Shown here in pieces: positions 31,601-45,252 of a DNA stretch of 64,000 nucleotides. The translations under genes were made by a program, and so were the position numbers. The stretch comes from Kudoa neothunni. Lineage: Eukaryota > Animalia > Cnidaria. The stretch spans positions 9,222,882-9,286,881 of the forward strand of contig OZ199840.1 in NCBI GenBank assembly GCA_964304625.1, given 5' to 3'. Below the pieces are notes generated by a model. That model was not told where the DNA came from and ran no database searches. It saw only the letters and a program-made list of their open reading frames with translations. Each line of letters opens with the position of its first letter. Position 1 is the stretch's first letter.

Positions 31601-34145
31601 ACTAACCATCTCATTTCATAATATATACTTTGAAAATTGTCGATTATTTAATAAATTTATAAATAAAATTAATGTCAATTTTATTTTAGATGAGAATTTT
31701 ATTGCTCCAGAGATAGCAAAATATCCTCTAAAAGAACGTTGCAATTACTACAACTCATTGTCTGACGTGTACAGTTTTTGGTAAAATACTACGCTTGGTT
31801 TTCCAACTGGATAATTCAATACCTGTTTTGAGAGACTTTTATAAGGGTAGATTTTATAGATTAATCCAAAACATAATTGAACGTAAATTTTCGGAATAAA
31901 TGAATGGAGGTCGTAGATAAATATATTCGAAATAAAGCGTGAATAATTCACTCCAATTATCGAATTATACAATTATTTGTTCATTTAATGAAATAAAGAA
32001 ACGCCATCTTTAATATTAAAAATATTAAAAGAGAAAGATCGGAAAAAACAAAAATCGATAGTGCCCATGGGGGGGATCGAACCCTCGACTTCCGCATTCC
32101 TCAGTACTGTCATATAAGTACGGCGCTCTAAACCAACTGAGCTACACGGGCATATCGCGCAGCTTAGAAAAACTATCGAATATATACTTTATTGACCACC
32201 CTCCAAAATGTTAACTGATTTTTATTTTATTGATAAAATTCGTTCAAAACATATTTTAAGTTAATACAAACATCTAAAATACAAATATAATTGGTATAAC
32301 ACCTAAATTAATTAGGAGACATCTTTTATATATCACAAAAAGAACTAAATAATCTATTCACCTATGATGAACAACATTTTATAAACCGACCTCGAAGATA
32401 TGTCATTTATCTGTTTACGCAGTGATCCAAATGAAAGGATGCATTTTGGAGAGATAGAGCTACTTTACGAGGAAATAGTGAAAAAAATTCGGTTGCCAAA
32501 GGTTAGCGCACATTTTACATTAGTTACATGAATCACAATTCTTAAAAATCACGATTAGCGGAGAAAGTATATTAGATAGAGCTCTAAGCAGAATGATGTA
32601 TACTGCAGAAAATACTCATACGATCTTAAAAAAATTCGGTGGATCAACTCAAAAATTACGCCGAAAAATACAACATTCTTTTGGATGAAACCCTTCCAAA
32701 ATCGGTTTCAAAAATCATACGATCTGGTCAAAAATATGAGACCAAATACCTTGAAATGGTCACTCTAATGTTCATGGATATTCCAGATTTCAATTCCAAC
32801 TGCGACACAAAAACCCCCTTTGAAGTAATATGCTTCAACCTATCCTTCCATAAAATGATGTAATCACATAAAATAAATATTTCAGATCGTTTCCTATCTC
32901 AACGATATTCACAAGAAGTTGGACAGGATCATCGAAAACCATCAGGTTTATAAGGTAAATTATTCTGAATTTTCATGGGTCGTTTCTTTATCTATATCTA
33001 TCTATCTATCATCTATATATATATATATATATATTTATTTATTTATTTATTATTGATTATGTTCTAGCTAGAAAACTATTGGAAGTGCGTACGTAGTTTA
33101 TATCGGGTCTTGTGGAAGCAATCGATGATGCCAACCCTGAGACTGTCGACATCACCACCCAAGTCGAGCGCATTCTTGATTTAGCAATGGAAATTAACGA
33201 ACAATTCTTGAGTGAGAAACTTCAAGGAACAGTTCGCATTGGAATTCACTCAGGTAATTAACAATTTAAATAAACATTATCGCTTAAATTGATATAAAAA
33301 TAGGGCCCGTTACTGCGGGAATTATTGGACGTCTTTCTCCCAGATTTTTGTTTATTTGGCGACACTATGAATACCACATGCAAGGATGAAATCATCTGCT
33401 GGTGGTAAGGCTTCATGTTTTGTCCATTAATATAATTGAGACTTTAAAAAAGTTTTTCTCTTGCGGTCATATGAATTAAAATTCAACTGAATATCAAATC
33501 GTAATAAATGAACGAAAATTAATTATCAAAAATTTAAATCTATTAATTAGATTTTTATTCTTTCAGGATTAATAATTTTCCAGATAATGACGAATGATTA
33601 GAAGTAAAAATATACACTAAATTATTGTTTAAAAGAAACTGATGGCGCTGAATTAAAATAAAAAATGTTGAAAACACAGATAATTATGAATTAGGTAATT
33701 ATGTAATTGAATAAAATAAAAATTCAAAGCTCAATTTTATCCATTATGTTACGGATCGATTAAAATATGACTCTTAGTTAAAACGAAAACGTATGAGGAA
33801 AGCATTTCGACAAAATAAGAAACCTTAAGAATTTATTTAAATAAAATACTGTAAATTATAATAAAAATATTTTTAAAATAATTGTCATGCATATTTTACA
33901 GCCTATAAAGTTGCACAATATTCACAGTTGAAGTATACTGATTGAATTAATGCAAATTATTTAGCTTTTGAAATTATACTCAGCGAAACATCAAAAAACG
34001 CCATCGCAACCATCCAAAATTGTCGATTTCAGTTCGAGGAGAGAACCAGCAATATAAAAGTATTTTGAGCGCGCATAACCCATCCAATTTTATTAACAAT
34101 TTCCTAGGGCAAAGAATAATGAAACTGTACAGCGTAATAATTTAG
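28700..34145 (+). CDS. Membrane (receptor-type) guanylyl cyclase: TM + kinase-homology + cyclase domains, almost no ectodomain
   Basis: MTRICYN|DTRIAY...TM...; TAYFRGNMVAIK, LNHPNI, GRGSLEDML, HGKLKPSNCLIDNNW, FIAPE, SDVYSF; LLDETLPKSV, VTLMFMDI, YKLETIGSAY, RIGIHSGPV.AG, PRFCLFGDTMNT.ARM (after indel correction). Confidence 0.88.
32062..32151 (-). tRNA. tRNA-Ile(UAU) with 15-nt intron
   Basis: GCCCGTG/CATGGGC acceptor stem, A box TAGCTCAGTTGG, anticodon arm CCGTA-CT-TAT-A[TGACAGTACTGAGGA]A-TGCGG, B box GGTTCGATCCC, downstream T5 terminator, upstream TATA-like element. Confidence 0.92.
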
Positions 34146-34249
34146 AACGAACAAAAAAGACAAATTATCACACAGACTAAACAAACGAATATGACGATTA
34201 TATAAATATTTCGAATCTTAAAATGTGTGGAATTAATTGTTGAGGGGTG

Positions 34250-34773
34250 TCAATGCTGAGGTCGCTTTACTGTAAAAGCGTTGAAATAACGTTTGAGTAT
34301 TTCCCATGAGTAGTAGATTATGTAGTACATTGAATAAGACATCATAACCATGCAAAACAGGTTTCTATAGTGAAAACTCATAAATCCACGGTAGAGAATA
34401 TTCTCTGCGCCGATATAATCCATCACTTGGGAATCGGTCATATTTTTGGGTGGGTAGAAATCGGTGGTGCCGCTGATTAATGATGCCATCATTTGATTGT
34501 ATGAAGATTTTAAGCTTTCTAATTGATCACATTTGTCTTTGGTCATTACTTTCTCATTTTGAAACTTCATTGAATAGACTTGAGCAACTTCTCGAAAGCT
34601 TTCTCTTTAGAGTCTTTACTTACTTCCACGATTGCTCCGTTGATATCTTTAAGTTGAATTAACTGGTCAGAGTCTGCTTTAACTGCCCCATCATTTGTCA
34701 TATTTCTTACTGGTAATCTTTTCGGTAGATTTACTCTTGAACACACTCTCAAAGGTAGTCTACAGAGGTACAT
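34250..34773 (-). CDS. Orphan ~174-aa protein with mitochondrial-presequence-like N-terminus and one C-terminal TM (two ORFs joined across a probable indel at ~34570)
   Basis: Arg-rich, acid-free MYLCRLPLRVCSRVNLPKRLPVRNM; hydrophobic LFCMVMMSYSMYYIIYYSW; ORFs 34567-34773 and 34250-34570 abut. Confidence 0.55.
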
Positions 34774-35674
34774 TTCAACACAACTAAATATCTACGATTG
34801 ACTTCGGAATCTCTCGTTTCACCGCATATATTTAAATTTAAAAATCAAGCTCATTATATTATGATTGTAGATTACTCGAGATTTATACCTAAGATTTGTT
34901 TGGTTTCTTGTGGTTTATAAATAACTTGTTGAATGCTATAAATAGGGATTGAATCACGAGGTCAGCATTAATTGGCACATATTTTTTTTATTTTATTAAT
35001 AAAGTAAAAATAATTCTCAAAAGTTATAAATTTATTGTTAAAATAAAATTTTCATTAATTAGAGCTTACAATTATATAATATTGTTAATTACTATGGTAA
35101 TTAAAATATATTATTATTTCATTGATAAATAATGTTGTTTAAGTTATATTTATTGAAATTATTAATGCATCTCTCCGATGTAATTTTATCTATCTATAAC
35201 AATTATGGAATATGAAAAGATAGAAACAGGTGAAATAACCTATTTTTGAAAATTAAAAGGTATTATTCTGTAAAAAAAGTATATGCTAATATTTGTTCAA
35301 AAAAATTCTCTTCGTACGACGTACCAAAATTTACGCGTGTGTCAATAAAGTTTTTTTCGTGCCACACTTCTTACAGGAAGAGTTAGCCAAGAAATTGAAG
35401 CCAACTATATTAAAATAGATCTTTGCGTTGTCCTAGAGTTAAACATGGGAGTTTCAATGGTATTAAATGATTCAAGTTCTTTATTGTTCCAAAAGTGCAG
35501 ATAGTTCCACTGAGATTTATCCAAGCACCTTCCCGACACCACATTAAGATAATCAATTGAATTGACAGAATAAGATAACACCTAGTTGTTTGGGTAGTTT
35601 TATCAAGGTTGGCCATAACGACATATCTGAAAATTTGACGAATGCTTGCCTAAGACAGAGTAAATAAAGATAGG

Positions 35675-38413
35675 ATGAAAAGAGTGTATCTTTTGGTGTT
35701 TTTGTGGAGTGTTGGTGTTATTGGACGATTGTGCATGGAGAAAAATACCACCGAAAATTACTCGTATATCCTAAAAATTAAACAAAATGTCTCGTCTGTA
35801 CAGCTAAAAAGCATTCTCAATACTCTCAAAGAAAGATATCATTTTTCCAACTACAGAAAAGTGCTTCTGATGCATTCGCAGTATTAATAGTTGGAAATAG
35901 ATTGAAAATTTGGGAGAAAATATCTACCATTTTAATGCAATCCCAACTAAAACTAATACAACCAGAATTAAACGTGAATTACTCATCGAGAATATTCATC
36001 AAGAAACTGATGTGAACAATTTCTTGTTTAACTGATATTATTAATTTTTTTTTTAAATGTTGTTAGATAATATGGGTTCAAGAAGATATTGAAATTAAGC
36101 GGTTCAAACGATATCCTTTCGAAAAAAATAAAAAAAAGGAAAGTACAAATTTAATGACCCCTTTTTACCCCAATATGTGGTACATTGTAAGTTAACGTCA
36201 CGTTAAAATATTTTGTTGAATTCTACAACTAAATATCTGTAGAAAAATAATAACACAATCCTAAATGTTCATATGAACATATCGGACGTTTGGGGGACTT
36301 GGATCACCGGTAAGGGTGTAGTTGTGACTATTTTGGATGATGGTATTGAGCACAATCATACCGATCTTGCAAAAAACTACGTGAGTGATTTCTCAAAGTT
36401 CTGTCATTTGATATGATTTACCTTGATTGTTAGGATCCCGATGCCAGTTGGGATATTAACAACGCGGATCCTGATCCTTTCCCTAGATACAACCAATTCA
36501 ATGATAACAAGTGTGTTGATGGTTGGTTGTTGAGTTGGATGACGATTTTTTAAGGCATGGTACACGTTGTGCGGGAGAAGTTGCCGCCGTAGCAAACAAC
36601 AATTTTTGCGGCGTTGGTGTTGCCTATAACGCGAGAATTGGTGGAATTCGTATGTTGGACGGGAAAGTTTCCGATCGTATCGAGGCAGAAGCTCTAAGTC
36701 TCAATCCTCAACATATTGGTTGGTTAATCTATTGCATCTTGTCACTTCACTTCTACAGTCGTTTAGATATTTACAGCTCATCATGGGGGCCTAATGACGA
36801 TGGAAAATCCATCGAAAAACCTGGATTTCTAGCCGATTTAGCTTTTCAGAATGGAATATCCAAGGTGATTGATTGACTTGTGTAGATCGCGTCTCCAATC
36901 TCACATTAAATTTAATAAACTAGGGAAGAGGTGGTCTTGGGAGTATTTACATTTGGGCCAGTGGTAATGGAGGTCATCATGGGGGATGATTGTAACTGCG
37001 ATGGTTACGCTAACAGTATCTACACTTTGAGTGTAAGTTCGACTACAGAAAATGGTGGGATACCATGGTACAGCGAATCGTGTTCAGTAACAATTGTTTC
37101 TACTCCTAGCAGTGGTTCCTATGGTCAAAAGAAAATAGTAATTATTCGTATGAGTTCTACTATGTGGGTAATATTGTATTAATAGATAACCACTGATTTA
37201 CACAATGGATGCACCGACAGACATTACGGGAACTTCTGCTTCGGCACCTCTGCTCGCTGGTGTGATCGCGCTGGCTATGGAGGCCAAGTAATTGTTAATA
37301 CATAATTATTAGAAAAATATTTATCACAATCTATCTCTTATAAATAAATAAATAAATAAATAAATTAATTAATTAATTAATTAATATATATATATATATA
37401 ATATATAATATTAATCTATAGCCCAAAATTATCATGGAGAGGACGTTCAACACAGTGTTAGTTTGGAGTGCAAATCCATATCCACTTCTTAAAAATGATG
37501 GTTGGAGAGCAAACAGGGCGGGTTTGAAATTTCACAAGAAATTTGGGTTTGGTTTGGTGGACGCCTATAATGCGGTTATTATGGTGAAGCATCCTCAGTG
37601 GCATTCGGTGGGTACAGTTAGTGACACCTGCGAAAGTTCAACAGTTACCAGCTTAGAGTAACTATCATAGTGAGGGTGTATTTGATCGGTAAAGTTATTA
37701 AATAGGAATCTGTTGGCGAGGAAATCGACAACAATCTACATTCAAGTGGCCTCATGCAGTAGTAGTAATCAATTTCCTCGAGTACGTCCAGTTGGAGGTT
37801 GTGGTAGAGCACGAATGCCGAGGTCATTTATCGATTGATTTGGTCTCTCCGAAAGGAACTGTATCCACATTGCTTTCCTACCGGCCAGAGGATTGTTCAA
37901 AAGAGGGTTTCAAAAACTGGCGATTCAATACTGTACATATGTGGGGTGAGGCCCCAGATGGTGTTTGGAAGGTTGTATTTTTGGACCGAAGCACACTGTA
38001 TTACATTCCATTGAACATTCATGAAATTTTAATTTCCCCGACAATTTTAGTACGTCTATAGACAAAACTCTGCCCAGATGTGCCCGTGGGAAGAGTGCTT
38101 AGTTGTCAGTTGATTTTCTTTGGATCGATGGACAAACCATTCTACATGAGTTACTATCAACAAAAGCTGTACTATGGAAACGTGGGGAATGTTCCAATGC
38201 GACGCAGACAAACATGGCCCAAACCTACTGGATCCATTGAACACTGTTACACTACTACAAACGAAGAGGTCGAATAGAATGCGATCGTTAGAATATGACC
38301 TGATGTCTAGCTTTCCTGAGCGCCGTGCCCCTTACCCTTTCAACAACGCATATCAAAACAATGCCCCATCAAACACGCTATTAGGAGTACTACTACATTT
38401 TTTGGCATCGTAA
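35675..38413 (+). CDS. Kexin/furin-family proprotein convertase, PC1/3-like, multi-exon
   Basis: Signal peptide, prodomain ending KRFKR, VTILDDG (Asp), [11 protein letters not shown] (His), WASGNGG (oxyanion Asn), GTSASAP (Ser), SWGPNDDGK and DPFPRY as in PC1/3, P domain; no TM or Cys-rich region. Confidence 0.92.
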
Positions 38414-38540
38414 AAATTTTAGCCACTCATATGCTGTAAATAAACTACTACTAAATTTGATGTTCAATATGTGACAATCATTTATTGTATAAATAGTATT
38501 ATTATTATTATTCTTTTTTATGATTTTTGTTGCTATCAAC

Positions 38541-40718
38541 TCACAAATCCATAATTCCGGAGACATTGATTTTCTGCAAGTAGTTTTCGATAAGACGGAA
38601 AAATTCCAGCTGATTGGAGGGACTTAGTTGTGTGAATTGTCGTAGAAGTTGGTTAGGTGTAGGATGCCTTGAAGTGGTTGAGATAAAAAACAATCAATCG
38701 TAGGTATATCAATACCTGATAAATGTCTTGATGTAGATAATTGACAAATACACACATAAGAATTTGACAATCCATTCTATCCATCATACCTCCATGGCCA
38801 GGAATCGAATCACCAAAATCCTACCCACATCCAAGCATAATTACACATTGATTTATATCAATTCAAAAATGTACTTTAACTTTGAAAGCTCTTTTAAAGC
38901 CACTGGCGAAAAATCCTCCAAAAGGAGATATAAGTGATGCAAACAATCCCATAACTATCGCATGCATATACATTGGGTAATAGCTCACAGAAGTGATGTT
39001 ATATCCCATCTATTTTTTTTGTCTAAATAAGCGAAAAATCATAGAAATAAAGAATACCGAGGATAACAGAGCCACAACGTTATCTGGAAGTGGGATATGG
39101 AGTGCTGGTGAAGATAGCGCCACGTTCACATTCCAATTCAAACTCATATCCCGATGCATTGAACTAAAAATTAAATAAAATCATTAAAATATAGCCTGGT
39201 GATATTTACCTTTACAGGACAATAGAAACTTGGATACTGCACCATAACATGGGTCACCTAAGAGTTCAGACTCATCTCTATTATCGCCATCATCAATAAA
39301 TACCGCAATAGCAGCAACCATAGTGGAGAGAGCCCCACCAATGAATCCTTCCCAGGTTTTCTTTGGTGAGAGCTAGAATTAATTCACAATTACGTGGTTC
39401 TAATTGATAAAATCAACTTTGATAAGAGGAGTCCTTCCAAATGCGATACCTAGATCATTCTAGATCATTAAAATTAATCGTCGCTTAAAAATCACTCTAA
39501 TTAAAATTATACCGAAAAAGTAAGCAAAAACATCATTAGTAATGATCAGAATCATAGGCAAATAAACCCTTAACCAACTTAATCGATCGTACTGAGATTC
39601 AAGTACCATATAAGACCATAGAAGATTGTTCTCAATAGAAGTTGCAATGGAACCATTAAAATCAGGAGGGTCAGTTGATACCATGCGAACTTTATAACAG
39701 ATAACATTAATTTATTTGTAGCTTAGGTTAAATTAAATATTTATTGGTCTTACAATAGAGAATTGAATGCGATATTTTTTCTTCTTCAAATTCAACACAA
39801 ATATGATAATACCTATGGGATTGTGATTAATCAAAAAGAAGAGGTTAAATTTGGAAATTATCACGGATTAAAAAAAATAATTCTATTAAATCTCACCTGA
39901 CATATACAAACCAAAAGCAATGATCTTCTGATATTTCGCAAATGGCTCAGATAAATCCTTAACATTCAGATGTAAACACATCCACAATTCCTACGTTGAA
40001 TGAATCACCTGTTTCTTAATAATGTTGTTAACCACCAGTATGAATATGTCCCCACTGACGTAGAAAGTAGCTGATAGGAGGAAAAACCTGATAAAGTTAA
40101 AATTAGTATATCGCCTAACAACGAAAAAATACCATTGAAGAAAACGAAACAAAGGAAGCGATAAATCCTTGTACTGTCTGTAGCCGATTGAAATGACCTC
40201 CGAATAACACTGTACCACTACATACGTAAACTAAACACAAAAATATCCTTTTAATGCGATTCAACAATATTCACAATACTTACAAACAGAATCATTGCAC
40301 TTATTCCTACTTGGAAAATCACATAAAACAATATCAACAGAATCGAGCCAAATAAAGATCTTGTTAATATTTTCTCAAATCTAAAATAAATATATTAATC
40401 TTTATTGTTAAACTGATGACTAATTAAAGTGATTGTGATAAGGTTATCCGAAATATTAAAAAGTGACATAAATACCTCTGTGGTAACCATCCAAATAATT
40501 TGTGGCTCAATGATGTTAGCGTATTAGATGATGGCTTTTTTGGTGGGGTTTCTTTTTCGATAGAACTAGGTGGCTTGGTTTTGGCCCCAATTTTATCTCT
40601 CAATTCCTAAGGATTAAATAGATGTAAAATTTATTTTGGTTTAAGGAGATTATTTGTATATTCGCTTAGATACATTTTTCACGTTTTCCACTTTGGTTGG
40701 TGTTTTTTTCTTGGACAT
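38541..40718 (-). CDS. CDS2: Phosphatidate cytidylyltransferase (CDP-diacylglycerol synthase, CDS1/2), multi-exon
   Basis: [62 protein letters not shown]; symbol is indicative only, CDS1 vs CDS2 not resolvable. Confidence 0.93.
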
Positions 40719-40748
40719 GAAAACTAAACAAAATTAATCCTCTATTAA

Positions 40749-40757
40749 CGCGCATGC
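40749..40757. promoter_or_regulatory. NRF1-like motif CGCGCATGC upstream of the CDP-DAG synthase gene
   Basis: 30 nt from ATG 40718. Confidence 0.5.
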
Positions 40758-41707
40758 TAAACCCTAATCTCTTCATGTCAATAACGATTGTGAATATGAG
40801 GTTTTATCCTAATACACCGACAGTAAGAACGTGTTATCTTCTGGGAGTAGCTAGTAACAGCACCAGAATTATTTGCTTGAGATGAGTTGAAAACTTTGGT
40901 TGCATTTGTGTGCTACTAATCCGCATTTCTTTAGCATACCCACAAACTTTTTTATTTCCATCAATCGTTTCAATTGCACACATTTTAATTAATATTAAGA
41001 AAGAATAATTAAATTAACCATCTTAATATATTCAATGAAGTAAAGTGATGTACTGGGTATAATCGCAATAATTTTTATTTGTTTACAAACCAAAATAATC
41101 CTCTACGTCCCAATAGTGAACCCTCGATGTTGCGTATTTGCAGTTCATAGTATCACTACGCAATATGCCGACCTTATGTAATATCCATAAATCTTTCCTG
41201 CTAATTTTGACCAAAGTTCTCTGTTAATCCAAATATTTGAGAGCATTTCTGAAATATAAGTTTAAATATCTCGATTTATTCGTTGATAAAACAAAAAATA
41301 TTGTATAATTTTATATGAAACTGTATAAATCGTCCAATAATAATGCCAATATCCAATATTGTGGATTTTCCTATGAAATTTTTTTATATTCTTAATTTTT
41401 ATTATTATTATTATTATGCGAAATTAAAGGTCTGTTAAATTAGATAGATGGTCATTTATACCTTATTCTTAAAATTTAAAAAAATTTTATTTAATTTGAA
41501 TCTACTTATTTTGACCTGTTTTTAATAACATTAAGGTCCCTTCATAATGATATTAATATTTACATAAACCCCCTAACAACGAGGGTTTGAGTTTAATTTC
41601 GGATCATGATGCTAAATTGATATTGAATATAGTATAACCTTTCTCTTAATAACTCTAGAGAGTGTGAGGTCTTTCAATTTCTCATAAATTTGTTTATTTA
41701 ATTAGAG

Positions 41708-42300
41708 CAGGGCTTCCCAACTCGAAATTAGTATCGTTCTCTCTTTGTTCGTTATTTATGATAAAGAGGGATATATTTAATATTGAAGCCAAATAATACC
41801 ATTTCAATAAGGTTAGAGTGAAAATTTAGAAAATATGATTTATTTTTAATAGAAAATTTTTATTTTGAATGAGTTTTGGAGTTTACTATTAAATTATGGT
41901 TACAATATTTATATAAAATATTTTTAATGAATTAAAAAATCTAAATCTTTTTTGAATTGCCGAAAATAGTTTGTTGAAGAATATATTTTGGTCAAATATA
42001 TTCATATTTAACTAGATGGCGTAATAACGCTTATTTTTTATTTTTTTAATGACAATTATCGGTCAATGCTTCATTTTCAATGAAAAAATAATATTAACGC
42101 AATGCTTGTTTCAGATTTAACAAAGTGAAAGATAAATCATATCAACTTCTCAAGACACTCTGTGTATTGAAAAATGAAGATTTTAATATTAAATTGGAAA
42201 GTCTTGGCTCAAATATAAAAAATAACGTATTCATAAGCTTATTATCATATTTCCACGAAAGTAAGACCTCGTGTGATTTTTAAGGCAGGATTTAATATAA
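41708..42300 (+). mobile_element. hAT relic
   Basis: CAGGGCTTCCCAAC terminus; very degenerate dimerisation-domain-like sequence near 42240-42295. Confidence 0.3.
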
Positions 42301-42399
42301 GACCTGCATTGAATCTGAGTGACTTTTCGTCAATACATTGATTGATAGGTTTTGGTCACATCAATAATGAATAAATACGCTTTCCTTAAGTGGGAGTTT

Positions 42400-44091
42400 T
42401 AAATTCTTATTGACTCTGAGAGGGGATTCGATTGTTTTCATGCAAATGATCAACAGCTACAACTTTAGAATCATCCAATGAAGGACGTTCACGCTTGTTA
42501 CCATATTGGATTTTTTGATATGAATTACACTTTCATTTATAGACTGAGTAATGACAAAAGATCCATTACTTTGTTGTTGTCACCATTGACCTTTGTATTT
42601 TGTCTATATTATAATAAAAAATTAGTTATGGCGGTATTGCGCCCCAAAAAATAATATTCGCATATGAAACTTTGGGCATTTTTAATTATTTTCTGAAACT
42701 ACATTGGGGTAGTCAATATTAGTAGTCTTTTTAGCCCTTCTATCGAATCTTTTAACTGCACCAAGTGGTTGGGATGAAGAATGAGTAGAAGAAGGCGTAG
42801 CAACAGAACCGTCACACCATTGAGTTAATATTATTCCATTTTTGGAATCTTGAGAGCTATCATAAGAACCGCGAGCTTTCATGTTGAATTGTTTTACCGG
42901 GGTTAGTGAACAATCTTTAATTCTGTTCCTTCTTATGGTTCCAACAGAGTAGATGTTTTGCTTCGTTAACATTCTCTGCGGTGGAATAGATGTGAAATAA
43001 TCATCAAAATACAAAAAGAAGGTTGTTGAAGTTTCGCACAATTTTATTACAAAATCACCCAAAGTTTGACCACAAGTTTGTGTAACTCCTGGTGGTTCTC
43101 TCTCATACAAGATAAAATCATAGACTAAGCCACATTAAGAAAGCTCTTTAAATCCCCATTTGGTTGGTTTAATAGGATGATACTATTTGGTTATGCATCT
43201 TCCTTTGAAGTGAATCATTTGTTCATCGACTGAATTGCAGATTTCTGGTTTTATCTCTAAAAATGCGGTCCGTAGATGCTCTAAAAAAGGTCGTATTTTA
43301 TAAAAACGATCATAATTGTCTGCGTTTTGATCTTTAAGGATATCTTCATTATTGGAGACATGAATAAATTTTGAAATTTTATAAAATCGATTTCTAGAGA
43401 AAACGTTTGATACGTGTGGAAACTCAAATGATGTGCTCCAATAGCAGTGATAACAAGGCATTCTACCAATACCCATTAAAATGTGGACCACTAGAAACTT
43501 GTAGATTTCTTCGACATCTGCAACTAAATTTATTCCAGACTGAGTTGCATAAATGTTTGTTTCATTTTTTATCATCTGAATTAGTGATTCGTCAAAGAAG
43601 AATTTAAAGTAATCAATAGGGTCGATCGATCCTTCAATTTTTTCAAAATTATTAATAGTAATGACATCATCCTTTAATTGGCATAATCTTTAAATTTCAT
43701 CATCAGAAACCATGTCAGATTCTGACAGATCGGCATCTGGAAAAACAACTACTTCTACTATTGATTTATCATTATTTAGTTTAGTTTATAATAAATAACG
43801 TAATGATTCATCTTTGTTCAAACTTAGCGCCAAATAATTTTTATCGCCAATGTCCAAAGGCCCACCCTAGGGACCATGTATTACTTTCATCATTATTTTT
43901 CAAAGTTACATAAACAAATGCTGAATTTTAATAAAAATTTTCTTCAAAATCCATATAATTAACGTAAAAAAAGATCAGATGCTTTGAAACAAAACTAATT
44001 TTCTATCCCTATTTCCCATAACTAAGCCTAAGCTTTCATATGGAGAATATACAATATGTGGTCACTAGGATACCCTTTAGGCACGAAAGAT
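42400..44091 (-). mobile_element. Dead piggyBac (PGBD3-like transposase pseudogene)
   Basis: ETNIYATQ, DRFYKIRPFL, SVDEQMIHFKGR, KPTKWGFK, YFDDYFTS, GTIRRNR; in-frame stops and the GGVD region missing; terminus GGCACGAAAGAT+TTAA (44092-44095) with an inner inverted copy at ~43851-43877. Confidence 0.88.
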
Positions 44092-44220
44092 TTAAGAAGC
44101 ATTCGCAAAAACATGCTATTTCATAGCGTAAACAAATAGATAAAAAAGGCATCAAAGTAAGTTGGAATTACATACAATCTAATTTGCATAAATTTGATGT
44201 AGTTTGCATAAAAAGTGTGG

Positions 44221-45252
44221 CTATGGTTTAAACCAATTGAAAACGATATCTTTCGATTGAAGAGCTCTCTTATACGGAGGATTTGTGGGTAATTGTATTG
44301 GATCGCGCGGTTCGTACTTCACTCCGGTGATATGTTCGACATTGAGAGGATATGAGGTATCGCCATCGAAGTTGAGTTTTGAATGACACACCACAAAATT
44401 AACCTTCTTGTTTTGATTTCTGTTTTCAGGCCTAAACAATCAAATTTTAAATTAACCCTCTCAATGAAAAAAATCCTTCAATGTAGAACAACGTAGAACA
44501 ATACGTTGGAATGAGAATTTTTGGGAAGGGTGTTTCGAAAAGGCTGCTATGTTTTAGATCAATTTTAAAGTTTTGGACAGGTTGATAGTCTTTACAAACC
44601 AGGAATGTTTCAGTGCTTGATTGTCTACTTGCATTCGGCTTAGCTATATAAACCTCGGAGAACAAGGATAACATTCGAGTAGCCCAATAGGTGGAATTTC
44701 TATTGTGGAATATTTTACACATGAAATTGCCGCCTTTTTTAAGAATGTGAGTTGTTATAGCGAACGACGCCTGAAGTAGCATGTAATTGGCTATCTCATC
44801 TATATGATGTAACCCGGTGGTGTCAGACGCGCCATCACAAACAACCACATCAGCGAGTGATCCTGCCAAAAGCTGAATAATTTTGTTGGCTGTGCATTCC
44901 TGTAAAAATCAGTCGATGTCAGCGTTAAAAATCCGAAAATATTATCCGCCACAATTACCATTGTGATATCTCCAACAATACTGACCACTCCTGGTATAGA
45001 GCTCATTGGTTGGATGTCGACAGCTATTATTTTTACGTTGCTCGTATTTTTGTCTTGATCATTCAATATATCAGCCAGTCCTTGACTCCAACTACCAGGA
45101 GCTGCACAGAGATCAACCACCTTGGTGGCATTTTTAAGAAATTGTAATTCATCGTCCACTTGAATCAATTTATACACACTCCTGGCTCTGTAATTGTCCT
45201 CCTTGGCCAGACGATAATAGATGTCTCGTTTATCTTTGGATAGTTTACCCAT
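44221..45252 (-). CDS. FTSJ1: tRNA (cytidine32/guanosine34-2'-O)-methyltransferase TRM7/FTSJ1, paralog 1
   Basis: [64 protein letters not shown]-terminal PTNPPY. Confidence 0.93.

Noticed and set aside
28700-38413. Cyclase plus convertase as a functional peptide-signalling cluster
   Set aside because: Only proximity supports it; an unrelated gene lies between them and the cyclase lacks a ligand-binding domain
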